From Ktedonobacteraceae bacterium (GTDB lineage Bacteria; Chloroflexota; Ktedonobacteria; Ktedonobacterales; Ktedonobacteraceae), in assembly GCA_034438135.1 (NCBI GenBank), contig DAOTTL010000166.1, positions 13,264-77,263 on the forward strand: a stretch of DNA of 64,000 nt, read 5' to 3'. The notes under the pieces were generated by a model that was given only the letters and a program-made list of their open reading frames with translations, did not search any database and was not told where the DNA came from. A program made the position numbers and the translations under genes. Of the stretch, positions 53,901 through 61,732 are shown piece after piece; the stretch's first letter is position 1, and every line of letters starts with the position of its first letter.

Positions 53901-56900
53901 TCGCCTTCTTGAGAAGCTAGCTGCTCGGGCAGGGCATCCTGCTGTGCCGCAGGCAGCAGAGAGAGATCGATGAGGGGCAATGAGAGCATGAGGGATGGCA
54001 GAACCTGCTGGACAGGTATGCCATCTCTGTTGGGGAAGATAGTACGCAAACTCTCATGTCGGCGCAGAATGATGTTGAAGCATTCCTCCAGGGCGGCTAT
54101 GTTGAGCGTTCCCTGCATGCGCAGTGCCGCTGCTATGGTATACGAAGTGTTGTCTGGCTCTATCTGATCGAGCAGCCACAGACGCTGTTGTGCAAAGGAG
54201 AGCGGAACAGGTTCCTGGTGGTTGTGAGGTAACAGAGGAGGGAACGTGAGACCGAGTTCTTCCTGGGTAGTGGAGGTCAGACGTTGAGCCAGTGAGGCAA
54301 TCGTTGGTGCTTCAAAGATGGCCCGCAGAGGTAAGGCTCGTTGTAGCAGTTCTTGGATGCGTGAAATGACCTGCGTGGCCAGCAGAGAATGGCCGCCCAG
54401 TTCAAAGAAATTATCGTAGATACCCACCGTCTCTCGTCGCAGCACCGCTGACCAGATGTTCACCAGCATTTCTTCAAGAGGGCTACGTGGCGCTGCATAA
54501 TCTTCATTTGATTGAAGCTCTATACTCTCCGGCGTGGGTAGTGACTGGCGGTCGAGCTTGCCATTGGCATTGAGGGGCAATCGACGCAGGGTGAGGAAGC
54601 GCTCAGGCAGCATAGCTTCAGGCAGACGCTCTTGCAGAAAAAGACGGATCTCTGAGAGCGAAGCTGTGGCAGGTTGAGAACGCCAGACCAGATAGGCCAG
54701 CAACTGAGAGGGTCCGTCAGGGGGTTGCCACAGGCGTGCTGCGGCATCCTGAATGGCGGGATGTTGGCGTAGGAAGGACTCGATTTCGCCCAGTTCGAGA
54801 CGAACGCCACGGACCTTGACCTGCTGGTCGGCGCGTCCCAGATATTCTAACTGACCATCGGGACGCCAGCGAGCGAGGTCGCCGGTGCGATAGAGACGAG
54901 TCCCAGGCAGGGAACTGAAGGGATCGGGCAGAAAGACCTCGGCGGTCTGCGCGGGATCGGTCAGATAACCGCGACTGAGGCCCAGACCAGCGATGTGCAG
55001 GAAGCCAGGGACACCAGGGAGAGTAAGCTGACCGAAGCGATCCAGAATGAGCAGCCGTATGTTAACTATGGGCCGACCAATGGGAGTGGAGTGTTCCAAC
55101 GTCTCGGCGTGTACGGGAAGCAGAGCGTGCGCGACATCGTCGGAGGCCTCGGTGGGACCATAGGCATTGAGCAGGTTCAGGGTAGGAGCGCGTTGACGCA
55201 ACCGCTGAACGAGTTCGGGAGGCAGCGCCTCACCGGTCAGGATCAGCCAGCGCAGCGCAGGCAGAGGGAGCGGGGCATCAGGATGTGTGGAGGGCAGATC
55301 AAGCAGGACGCGCAAGAGAGAGGGCACGAGTTCGAGGACAGAGACGCGAGTAAGTGCGAGTAAGGTGAGTAGTAGTGAAGGGTCCTGAACCGTGGGTGTG
55401 GGCAGGATGAGCAAACGTGCTCCTGAGAGCAGAGGAGCCAGAAATTGCCAGAGCGAGACGACGAAGCTTTGAGAGGCCGTTTGAGCGAGAGTGTCGGCAG
55501 GAGAGAGGTGCAGGGCCTCGATTTTGGCGGAGAGATGGTTGAGGACGCCAGCGTGAGAGAGCATAACGCCTTTCGGGTAACCGGTCGAGCCAGAGGTGAA
55601 GAGAACGCAGAACAGGCTCTGCGGTAGGGGCAACGGCAGCGGCGCGGGAGCAGACAGAGACTGTTGAAGCAGCTCAGGCAGCCAGAGCAGGGCGAGATCA
55701 GGCAGCGCAGTCGAGAGCGAGGCGCACAGCGGCGCGAGCGTCGGAATGCTGAGCAGGAAGTGCGTGTCGCTCTGTTGCAGGATTTGCTGAAGACGAGCGG
55801 GAGGCGTAGCAGGATCAAGAGGCACAAACGCGCCCCCAGCTTTGAGAATGGCCAGCAGTCCGATAAGGAGCAGAGGCGAACGCTCAAGGCAGAGGCCGAC
55901 GAGTACCTCGGGACCGACGCCCTGCGTCTGTAGGAGGTGTGCGAGATGGGTTGTCCGCTGGTCAAGCTCCTGATAGGTGATCTGTTCATCCTCGAAGACC
56001 ACGGCAATGGCGTCAGGGAAGCGCTGGACCTGGACCGCCAGGCGTTCCAGCAGAGAGCGGGTATCTACAGGCTCATCAGGAATAGGAGCGGTCGCCAACT
56101 TTAGGAGGTGCAGGCGTTCCTCCTGTGAAAGCAGGGGCAGCTCGGAAATGGGCAGGTGGGGAGTAGCGACCATCGTCGCCAGCAGGGTCTGGAACTGCGA
56201 GATCATAGCCGCGATAGTAGAGGGTGCGAAGAGGTCACGATTGTATTCTAGTATGCCCAACAGTCCTGCTGGCGAGGGTTGTATGTTGAGGCTGAGTTCA
56301 AAGCGGGCGGTAGTACGAGCGATGGGTAGCGGTGTCAGGTGTAGATCAGGCAGGGTCAGCGGTTCGACGGGAGTATTTTGCAGGATAAAGAAGGCCTGAA
56401 AGAGCGGGGAATGGCTCAGATCGCGCTGAGGATGCAGGGCTTCAACCAGCCGTTCAAAGGGGAAGTCCTGCTGAGCATAGGCATCCAGACAGCGCTGACG
56501 GATTCTCGTAAGCAGTTCGTGCAGGGATGGGTTGCCAGTCAGGTCGGCTCGCAGGACGAGCGTATTGACGAAGCAGCCAATGAGGGTTTCGAGGTCAGCA
56601 TGGGAGCGATTGGCAATGGGAGTGCCGATGAGTAGATCGTCCTGATCGCTGTAGCGAGAGAGCAACAGGGACCAGGCGGTGAGCAGGGTCATGAAAAGGG
56701 TCACGCCCTGTTGCTGACTGAAGGTGGTCAGGTGTTGGGAAAGGGAAGCGGGTAGGGTGAAGTACTGGCGGGCACCTTGAGAGGAGAGCACAGGAGGACG
56801 CGGAAAGTCGGTGGGCAGGTTGAGCACCAGGGGAGCATTCTGCAACTGCTCTAGCCAGAAGGCACGTTGGCGTTCGAGGAAGGGCCACTGGCGCTGCCAG

Positions 56901-59900
56901 AGGGCATAGTCGGGATACTGAATGGACAGCGGAGACAGTGGGGAGGGGTGAGAAGGGCTATGAGAGCAGCAGCCAGTATAAAGGAGCGAGAGTTCGCGTT
57001 GGAAGACGCCCAGTGACCAGCCATCAGAGATAATATGATGCATACTCAGGAGCAGCACATGCTCCTGAGCGTCCAGGCGCAGCAGGGTGACTCGGAGCAG
57101 AGGGCCTTGCGCCAGTTGGAAGGGAGCCTCGCCTTCCTGAGACGCAAGTTGTTGGAGCACGATATCCAGCCGAGTGGGAGGCAGGGCAGACAAATCGATG
57201 AGAGGCAGCGAAAGTGTCAGAGAGGGCAGAATGCGCTGAACGGGTTCGCCCCGGTGTAGCAGAAAGATCGTGCGCAAGCTCTCGTGTCGGCTCAGAATAG
57301 TGTTGAAACATGCTTCGAGGGCGGCGATGTTGAGCGTTCCCTGCATGCGTAGTGACGCTGCTATGTTATAGGATGCGTTTCCAGGCTCCATCTGCTCAAG
57401 GAACCACAGCCGTTGTTGGGCGAATGAGAGCGGAACTGGTTCCTGGTTGGCGCGAGGGAGCAGGGGAGGGAAGGTGAGACCGAGCTCTTCCTGCGTAGAG
57501 GAGGTCAGACGTTGAGCCAGAGAGGCGATCGTTGGCGCTTCAAAGATAGTGCGCAGAGGGAAGGCACGTTGCAGTAGATCCCGCAGGCGCAAGATCACCT
57601 GCGTCGCCAGCAGGGAATGGCCACCCAGTTCAAAGAAATTAGCATAGATGCTCACCGTCTCTCGTCGCAGCACCGCTGACCAGATAGCTACCAGCATTTC
57701 TTCAAGAGGGCTGCGTGGCGCTGTACAGGTTCCTTCTGCTTCTACTCGACTTTCTTCGGGAGCAGGGAGTCTGCGTCGATCTAATTTTCCATTGGGGGTA
57801 AGCGGCAGAGTATCCAGAACAATGAAATAAGCAGGTAGCATATACTCAGGCACATAGGCCAGTAAAAAAGTACGTAGAACCTTCGGTCCTGGGATGGTTT
57901 GGCCTGGTTCGGCCAGCATATACGCTATTAAGACAGAGTCGCTGGTATCATCCTGGCTTGCCAGCACAATGGCCTGTTTGATCTCGGCATAGTTCTCCAG
58001 TAAGCGTTCTATTTCGGCTGGCTCTACCCGATTACCGCGAATCTTCACCTGTTGATCGAGACGGCCCAGATACTCCACCGCTCCATCAGAGCGATAGCGT
58101 GCCAGGTCGCCTGTGCGATAAAGACGATCTCCATGTCTGGTACTAAAGGGATGGGGTACAAACCTCATGGCCGTCTCGTCTGCCTGCCCTAGATAACCGC
58201 GTGTTACTCCCGCGCCTCCCAGATAGACCTCAGCAGCTATCCCCGGCGGCACTGGCTGATACCATTGATCCAGCAGATACACCTGCATATAAGGAATGGG
58301 TCGTCCGCTTAACGCATACTCTAACCCTGACTCGTATAGCTGTGACTCCATGGGAAGTCGATAATAGAGCGCAGTCATCGTCGTTTCAGTGGGTCCGTAC
58401 TGGTTCACCACTTCCAGGTGTTCTGCCAGAAGGTGCCGGGCGCGTGAGACGATGCTTAGCGGTAAGCGTTCGCCGCTGCTCAACAAGAGTTGCAGCGAGG
58501 GGAGCGTTATTGTGAGGGCCTGGGCCGTATCCAGCAAGATACGCAGGAACGAAGGGACGATACTCAAAATGTGCGTTACCTGGTGCTGGCGCATAAGCAG
58601 CAGCATAGCGCTGAGATCTCTGGCATCTTCCGAGGGTAACAGGATCAGGCGACCTCCAACCAGCAGCGTCCCAAAGATATCGCGCACCGAGGCATCAAAG
58701 CTCAGATGTGGAAGCTGTAAAACAGTCATATTGGCTTTTAATGGGTAGAGTTGAAGCAGTGCGGAGAGATAATTGACAGCCCCACCATGAGTACACAGAA
58801 CACCTTTGGGTCGTCCAGTAGAGCCAGATGTATAGACAAGATAGGCCAGATTATTAGCCGAGAAATTCACTTCAGGATTGAGATCAGCCTGTTCATTGTT
58901 TGAGAGATCAGCCTGTTCAGGCATCAGCAAGATGGTTCTCACAGCTGGCAAATGTGTTTGCAGATATGGCTGGAGTTCCACCTGAGTCAACAGCAACTGT
59001 AGTTGTGCATGATGAGCCAGATACGCAAGACGCTCGCCAGGAGTATTGGGATCGAGAGGGACATAGGCCCCTCCGGCCTTCAGAATGCCCAATAGAGCGA
59101 TAAGCATCTCTGGTGAGCGATAGAAACATAACCCCACACGTATTTCTGGTCCCGCGCCTCGCAAGCGTAAATGTCGGGCTATGCGGTTCGCACCTCTATT
59201 CAGTTCATCATAAGTGAGTTGAGCATCTTCATAGACAACGGCAATGGCATCAGGCGTACGAGCAGCCTGTGCCTCAAATAACTGGTGAAGACCGGATTCA
59301 GTGGGAACGTCCGCCTGTGTCTCATTCCACTTAAACAGCACTTGTTGACGCTCAAGAGCCGTCAGCAGGGGCAGACGTGAGATGGGTTGCTGACAATCAG
59401 TTGTGATAGCTGTCAACATCGTCTGGTAGTGTCCGGCCATCCGTTCAATAGTGGTAGACTCAAATAGATCGCTATTATATGCCAACACCCCTGCTAAACC
59501 GTCAGGAGTCTCTTGCATAAACAGATCAAGATCAAATTTAGCCGTGCTTCTTTCGACTCCTCGGAGTTCAAATTGCAATCCTGCTGCCTCTAGAAGAGGA
59601 GTGGCGACATTTTGCAGATTGAACAACACCTGGAAAAGCGGAGTGTGGCTGAGCGTGCGCTCCGGTTGCAGAGCTTCCACCACTTTCTCAAAGGGAATAT
59701 CCTGGTGAGCATACCCCTCCAGGCAAAGCTCACGCACACGTTTCAGCAACGCCTGTACACTGGGATCATCAGTCATATCAACGCGCAGAGCCAGCGTATT
59801 GACAAAACAGCCAATCAGACCTTCAAGCTGTGTTCGTGTGCGGTTAGCGGTAGGAGTACCGATGATAAAGTCATAGTGACTACTATAACGAGCGAGCAGG

Positions 59901-60808
59901 GCCGCAAAGGTTGTCAGGAGAGTCATAAAGAGGGTAACACCCTCTTTATGACTGAGTTCTTTGAGCGCTCTGGTAAGAGTCAGGGGAAGCCGTAAGAGAT
60001 GGCGGGCACCTCGAAAAGTTTGAATAGCGGGCCGGGGATGGTCCGTTGGGAGATCCAACACCGTTGGAGCACTCTGAAGTTGCTGCTTCCAATAAGCCAG
60101 TTGCTGTTCAAGTACCTCGCCTTGTAGCAAGTTTTGTTGCCAGAGTGTATAGTCAACATACTGAATGGACAATTGAGGCAGTGAAGATGTCTGACCAGAG
60201 AGGAACGTTTGATAAAGAGCAGAGAGTTCATGGGCCAGGATACTGATGGACCAGCCATCAGAGACAATATGATGCAGCGTTAGCAGTAACACGTGCTCAG
60301 TAGTTCGCAAGCGGAGCAGGTGAACACGCATTAAGGGCAGTTGTGCCAGATTAAATGGGCGCTGCACCGCTTCCTGTAAAAGCGGCTCAATGAGAAGCTC
60401 CTGGCGGGACGATGGCAGAGCACTCATATCCACCACAGGGAGCGTGATAGATAGACTTGCAACCACCTCTTGCATAGGCTGACCATCCAGGATCACAAAG
60501 CCGGTACGCAAAATCTCGTGTCGTCGCACAATCTCATTGAGCGCTTGCTCCAAGGTTTGCACATCAAGTACACCCCTTAAGCGGATAGCTATGGGTATCG
60601 TATAGAGAGATGTGTCAGGCTCCAACTGATCCAGAAACCAGAGTCGTTGCTGGGCAAAAGAGAGTGGGAAGCTCGTAGATGATCTCTTTTGAGGCTGTAT
60701 CTCCTGTGCTGAGTGCTTGTGGCCCTTTTTCTGAGTCTCCTGGACGAGAAGTTTAAGTTTCTCCGGGGAAAAATTGGCAATCCGTCTGGTAACATCGCTC
60801 ATGTGCAC
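50969..60808 (-). CDS. NRPS, three modules: C-A-T-C-A-T-C-A-T
   Basis: The three modules read as follows:
- Module 1: C HHIVSDGWS, A3 LAYLVYTSGSTGRPKG (SFDASVRDIF; code unassigned), T FFELGGHSLLATQV
- Module 2: C HHIISDGWS, A3 LFCVLFTSGSTGYPKG with SQSFVVSLWQF (Val in place of Asp235), T FFELGGHSLLATQVISRIQ
- Module 3: C HHIVSDGWS, A3 LAYVIYTSGSTGQPKGVQITH, code DILQLGLIWK (Gly-like), T FFELGGHSLLATQVISRVRE

The C-terminal tail is basic, ...RKKIGTMSADERREALRNKTKEKDHNDG. The start is the ATG at 60808 or at 60802; neither has a strong Shine-Dalgarno. Confidence 0.92.
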   Translation of the reverse strand: MHMSDVTRRIANFSPEKLKLLVQETQKKGHKHSAQEIQPQKRSSTSFPLSFAQQRLWFLDQLEPDTSLYTIPIAIRLRGVLDVQTLEQALNEIVRRHEILRTGFVILDGQPMQEVVASLSITLPVVDMSALPSSRQELLIEPLLQEAVQRPFNLAQLPLMRVHLLRLRTTEHVLLLTLHHIVSDGWSISILAHELSALYQTFLSGQTSSLPQLSIQYVDYTLWQQNLLQGEVLEQQLAYWKQQLQSAPTVLDLPTDHPRPAIQTFRGARHLLRLPLTLTRALKELSHKEGVTLFMTLLTTFAALLARYSSHYDFIIGTPTANRTRTQLEGLIGCFVNTLALRVDMTDDPSVQALLKRVRELCLEGYAHQDIPFEKVVEALQPERTLSHTPLFQVLFNLQNVATPLLEAAGLQFELRGVERSTAKFDLDLFMQETPDGLAGVLAYNSDLFESTTIERMAGHYQTMLTAITTDCQQPISRLPLLTALERQQVLFKWNETQADVPTESGLHQLFEAQAARTPDAIAVVYEDAQLTYDELNRGANRIARHLRLRGAGPEIRVGLCFYRSPEMLIALLGILKAGGAYVPLDPNTPGERLAYLAHHAQLQLLLTQVELQPYLQTHLPAVRTILLMPEQADLSNNEQADLNPEVNFSANNLAYLVYTSGSTGRPKGVLCTHGGAVNYLSALLQLYPLKANMTVLQLPHLSFDASVRDIFGTLLVGGRLILLPSEDARDLSAMLLLMRQHQVTHILSIVPSFLRILLDTAQALTITLPSLQLLLSSGERLPLSIVSRARHLLAEHLEVVNQYGPTETTMTALYYRLPMESQLYESGLEYALSGRPIPYMQVYLLDQWYQPVPPGIAAEVYLGGAGVTRGYLGQADETAMRFVPHPFSTRHGDRLYRTGDLARYRSDGAVEYLGRLDQQVKIRGNRVEPAEIERLLENYAEIKQAIVLASQDDTSDSVLIAYMLAEPGQTIPGPKVLRTFLLAYVPEYMLPAYFIVLDTLPLTPNGKLDRRRLPAPEESRVEAEGTCTAPRSPLEEMLVAIWSAVLRRETVSIYANFFELGGHSLLATQVILRLRDLLQRAFPLRTIFEAPTIASLAQRLTSSTQEELGLTFPPLLPRANQEPVPLSFAQQRLWFLEQMEPGNASYNIAASLRMQGTLNIAALEACFNTILSRHESLRTIFLLHRGEPVQRILPSLTLSLPLIDLSALPPTRLDIVLQQLASQEGEAPFQLAQGPLLRVTLLRLDAQEHVLLLSMHHIISDGWSLGVFQRELSLLYTGCCSHSPSHPSPLSPLSIQYPDYALWQRQWPFLERQRAFWLEQLQNAPLVLNLPTDFPRPPVLSSQGARQYFTLPASLSQHLTTFSQQQGVTLFMTLLTAWSLLLSRYSDQDDLLIGTPIANRSHADLETLIGCFVNTLVLRADLTGNPSLHELLTRIRQRCLDAYAQQDFPFERLVEALHPQRDLSHSPLFQAFFILQNTPVEPLTLPDLHLTPLPIARTTARFELSLNIQPSPAGLLGILEYNRDLFAPSTIAAMISQFQTLLATMVATPHLPISELPLLSQEERLHLLKLATAPIPDEPVDTRSLLERLAVQVQRFPDAIAVVFEDEQITYQELDQRTTHLAHLLQTQGVGPEVLVGLCLERSPLLLIGLLAILKAGGAFVPLDPATPPARLQQILQQSDTHFLLSIPTLAPLCASLSTALPDLALLWLPELLQQSLSAPAPLPLPLPQSLFCVLFTSGSTGYPKGVMLSHAGVLNHLSAKIEALHLSPADTLAQTASQSFVVSLWQFLAPLLSGARLLILPTPTVQDPSLLLTLLALTRVSVLELVPSLLRVLLDLPSTHPDAPLPLPALRWLILTGEALPPELVQRLRQRAPTLNLLNAYGPTEASDDVAHALLPVHAETLEHSTPIGRPIVNIRLLILDRFGQLTLPGVPGFLHIAGLGLSRGYLTDPAQTAEVFLPDPFSSLPGTRLYRTGDLARWRPDGQLEYLGRADQQVKVRGVRLELGEIESFLRQHPAIQDAAARLWQPPDGPSQLLAYLVWRSQPATASLSEIRLFLQERLPEAMLPERFLTLRRLPLNANGKLDRQSLPTPESIELQSNEDYAAPRSPLEEMLVNIWSAVLRRETVGIYDNFFELGGHSLLATQVISRIQELLQRALPLRAIFEAPTIASLAQRLTSTTQEELGLTFPPLLPHNHQEPVPLSFAQQRLWLLDQIEPDNTSYTIAAALRMQGTLNIAALEECFNIILRRHESLRTIFPNRDGIPVQQVLPSLMLSLPLIDLSLLPAAQQDALPEQLASQEGETPFSLAQGPLFRAYVVRLHAQEHILLLSMHHIVSDGWSLGVFQRELSLFYPACCSHKASPLSPLPIQYSDYALWQRPWPSLERQRAFLLEQLQDAPLVLSLPTDFPRPPVLSSQGARLYFTLPTSLSQQLTTFSQQQGVTLFMTLLTAWSLLLARYSDQDDLLIGTPIANRTHADLEALIGCFVNTLVLRTDLTGNPSLHELLTRIRQRCLDAYAQQDFPFERLVEALHPQRDLSHSPLFQAFFILQNAPIEPLALPDLRLTPLPIARTTARFELSLSMQPAPTGLLGLLEYNRDLFSPSTIAAMASQLQTLLTAMVTSPHLSISELPLLSQEERLRMLHLASGPQQPFPEHLSLPQLFEAQVQRRPDAIAFVCEDKQFTYQELNQQATRLARLLQTQGVGPEVLVGLCLERTPLLLIGLLAILKAGGAFVPLDPSYPGERLAFLLKDAGVQVLLTQHDCLTIFPEYQGRLLCLDDDWSSSAEYRSDPLPTPTQPENLAYVIYTSGSTGQPKGVQITHRAVINFLHAMSQQLQLTEHEKLLAVTSLSFDIAVLELFLPLTVGAQLTLVSRKTAIDGTQLIKHQIESGATIMQATPATWRLFIQAGLPHHRPLKILCGGEALPDDLARQLLAKEKTIWNLYGPTETTIWSSIQRLDDNKQSITLGSPLANTQMYILDRRLQPVPVGVAGELYIGGEGVARGYLDRFDLTAERFIPDPFSGVSGGRLYKTGDLTRYLPDGTIDFLGRLDHQVKLRGHRIEPGEIETVLATHPMVREAVVILREDLPGNMRLVAYVVSHPQQNSPISTLRTYLQTRLPDYMRPATYVMMDKLPLTPNGKLDRRMLPAPPALDDTRQEAEETYVEPRNPIDELLLGIWSEVLHITRIGIYDDFFELGGHSLLATQVISRVRETFKEVLPVNTLFQTPTIAGLAEALVRHETVKGRVATIANLRKKIGTMSADERREALRNKTKEKDHNDG
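54550..56000 (-). other. A domain with Val at the Asp235 position (copy 2)
   Basis: The A4 region reads AQTASQSFVVSLWQFLAPLL, with the Val codon at 55460-55462. The domain is near-identical to copy 1 along its whole length. Confidence 0.8.
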
Positions 60809-60993
60809 TCAGTTTCTTGCTGGTCAAATGGTGATTGAGCATTACACGCGCTACTCTAACTGTTCTCATTTTGACGAGATATCGCTGCCAGATCATCATA
60901 AAGCGACTTTTTAGCATTGTAGCTGTCAGTGCTTTCACCAGGAGTAAGGGAAGTGAAGACCGCTCTTCGCGGGGAAGAGCACTTGTTTGCGCA

Positions 60994-61269
60994 TCAATGT
61001 GTCTGACTTTGCTCCTGCTCATACGCGTAGCGAAGATCTTCAGGGATTTCAAATTGTAAGGTGGTGTGACAGAACTCTTTCCACTCTGGTGTCACACTCT
61101 CAAAGAGCACCCCGCCACTTTGCACCGGGCTTTTAACGACAGTATAATCATCCCAGAGGTAGTAGATATCGTCATCCGCCAGCTCTGACTGATGCTCGCC
61201 GGTAATCTCTTCCCAGGCGCTAAACTGACGCAGATCTTTCAATTTATATGCCTTGCAATACTTTCGCAT
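60994..61269 (-). CDS. Small conserved-looking hypothetical protein (91 aa)
   Basis: The ATG at 61269 has GAAAGG 7 nt upstream. The sequence is MRKYCKAYKLKDLRQFSAWEEITGEHQSELADDDIYYLWDDYTVVKSPVQSGGVLFESVTPEWKEFCHTTLQFEIPEDL... It is acidic and soluble and contains no repeats. It is co-directional with, and immediately upstream of, the NRPS operon. I could not recognise a family. Confidence 0.6.
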   Translation of the reverse strand: MRKYCKAYKLKDLRQFSAWEEITGEHQSELADDDIYYLWDDYTVVKSPVQSGGVLFESVTPEWKEFCHTTLQFEIPEDLRYAYEQEQSQTH

Positions 61270-61504
61270 AGCATAACCTTTCTTTATTATCTCAATTATT
61301 TGATGCCTGACTTGAGGAAACCTCTGGCATTGTAGCTTTTATGCCCTCGTGTTATGCCTGATTGCCTGCCTGACTTGCTAGCGAGGCAGTGCTCATCTTC
61401 CATTTTTTTCTTGCTATTCTATAAATAACATCTACATACAAGAAAAGGGTCAGGTAAATGGAAGAGATCTGTCATAGCCAAAAGCGCATATTTTCTCTCC
61501 TCAA

Positions 61505-61533
61505 AGTGTACCTTTTTTCATTTGGTCAGTCAA
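61505..61533 (-). promoter_or_regulatory. Putative sigma70-type promoter for the 91-aa ORF / upper NRPS-PKS operon
   Basis: The minus strand reads TTGACT-N17-TACACT. It lies about 235 nt upstream of the 91-aa ORF start, in the 463-bp gap after the TE gene. Confidence 0.33.
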
Positions 61534-61732
61534 GGTAGTGAATGATCAGGGCAGGGCTATGTAAAAGTTACGGTTCAGCAGTGGCCAGACCCCTCCCCAG
61601 GAGAACAAGATTATAAATCATCCCTCATTTTTCTGCGGCTTGTAAAGCCGCCCCACCTCCCGAGAAAAGGGAGAACTGGCGGCGCAGTCGCCAGCAAGAG
61701 CGTTGGCTCATTTTGGCAAAATGAGGGCTGAC

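Noticed and set aside
869-60267. Dozens of 60-250-aa ORFs on the plus strand, or in other minus-strand frames, inside the megasynthase genes (for example 3378..3980, 24932..25591, 40893..41588, 55243..56007)
   Set aside because: They are embedded in continuous NRPS/PKS frames that show motifs throughout. Their translations are low-complexity and rich in Arg, Ser and Pro, as is typical of antisense or off-frame reading. Their mutual similarity only mirrors the module duplications.
60962-60980. GCTCTTC-gcggg-GAAGAGC hairpin after the 91-aa ORF as a terminator or attenuator
   Set aside because: It has a 7-bp stem with no clear U-run (GGUCUUCACUUCCC follows on the minus strand). The evidence is too weak to call.
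61707-61725. CTCATTTT-ggc-AAAATGAG hairpin as a simple intrinsic terminator of the TE gene
   Set aside because: It has only an 8-bp AT-rich stem with no following U-tract on the minus strand. It is better treated as part of the larger inverted-repeat-closed element.
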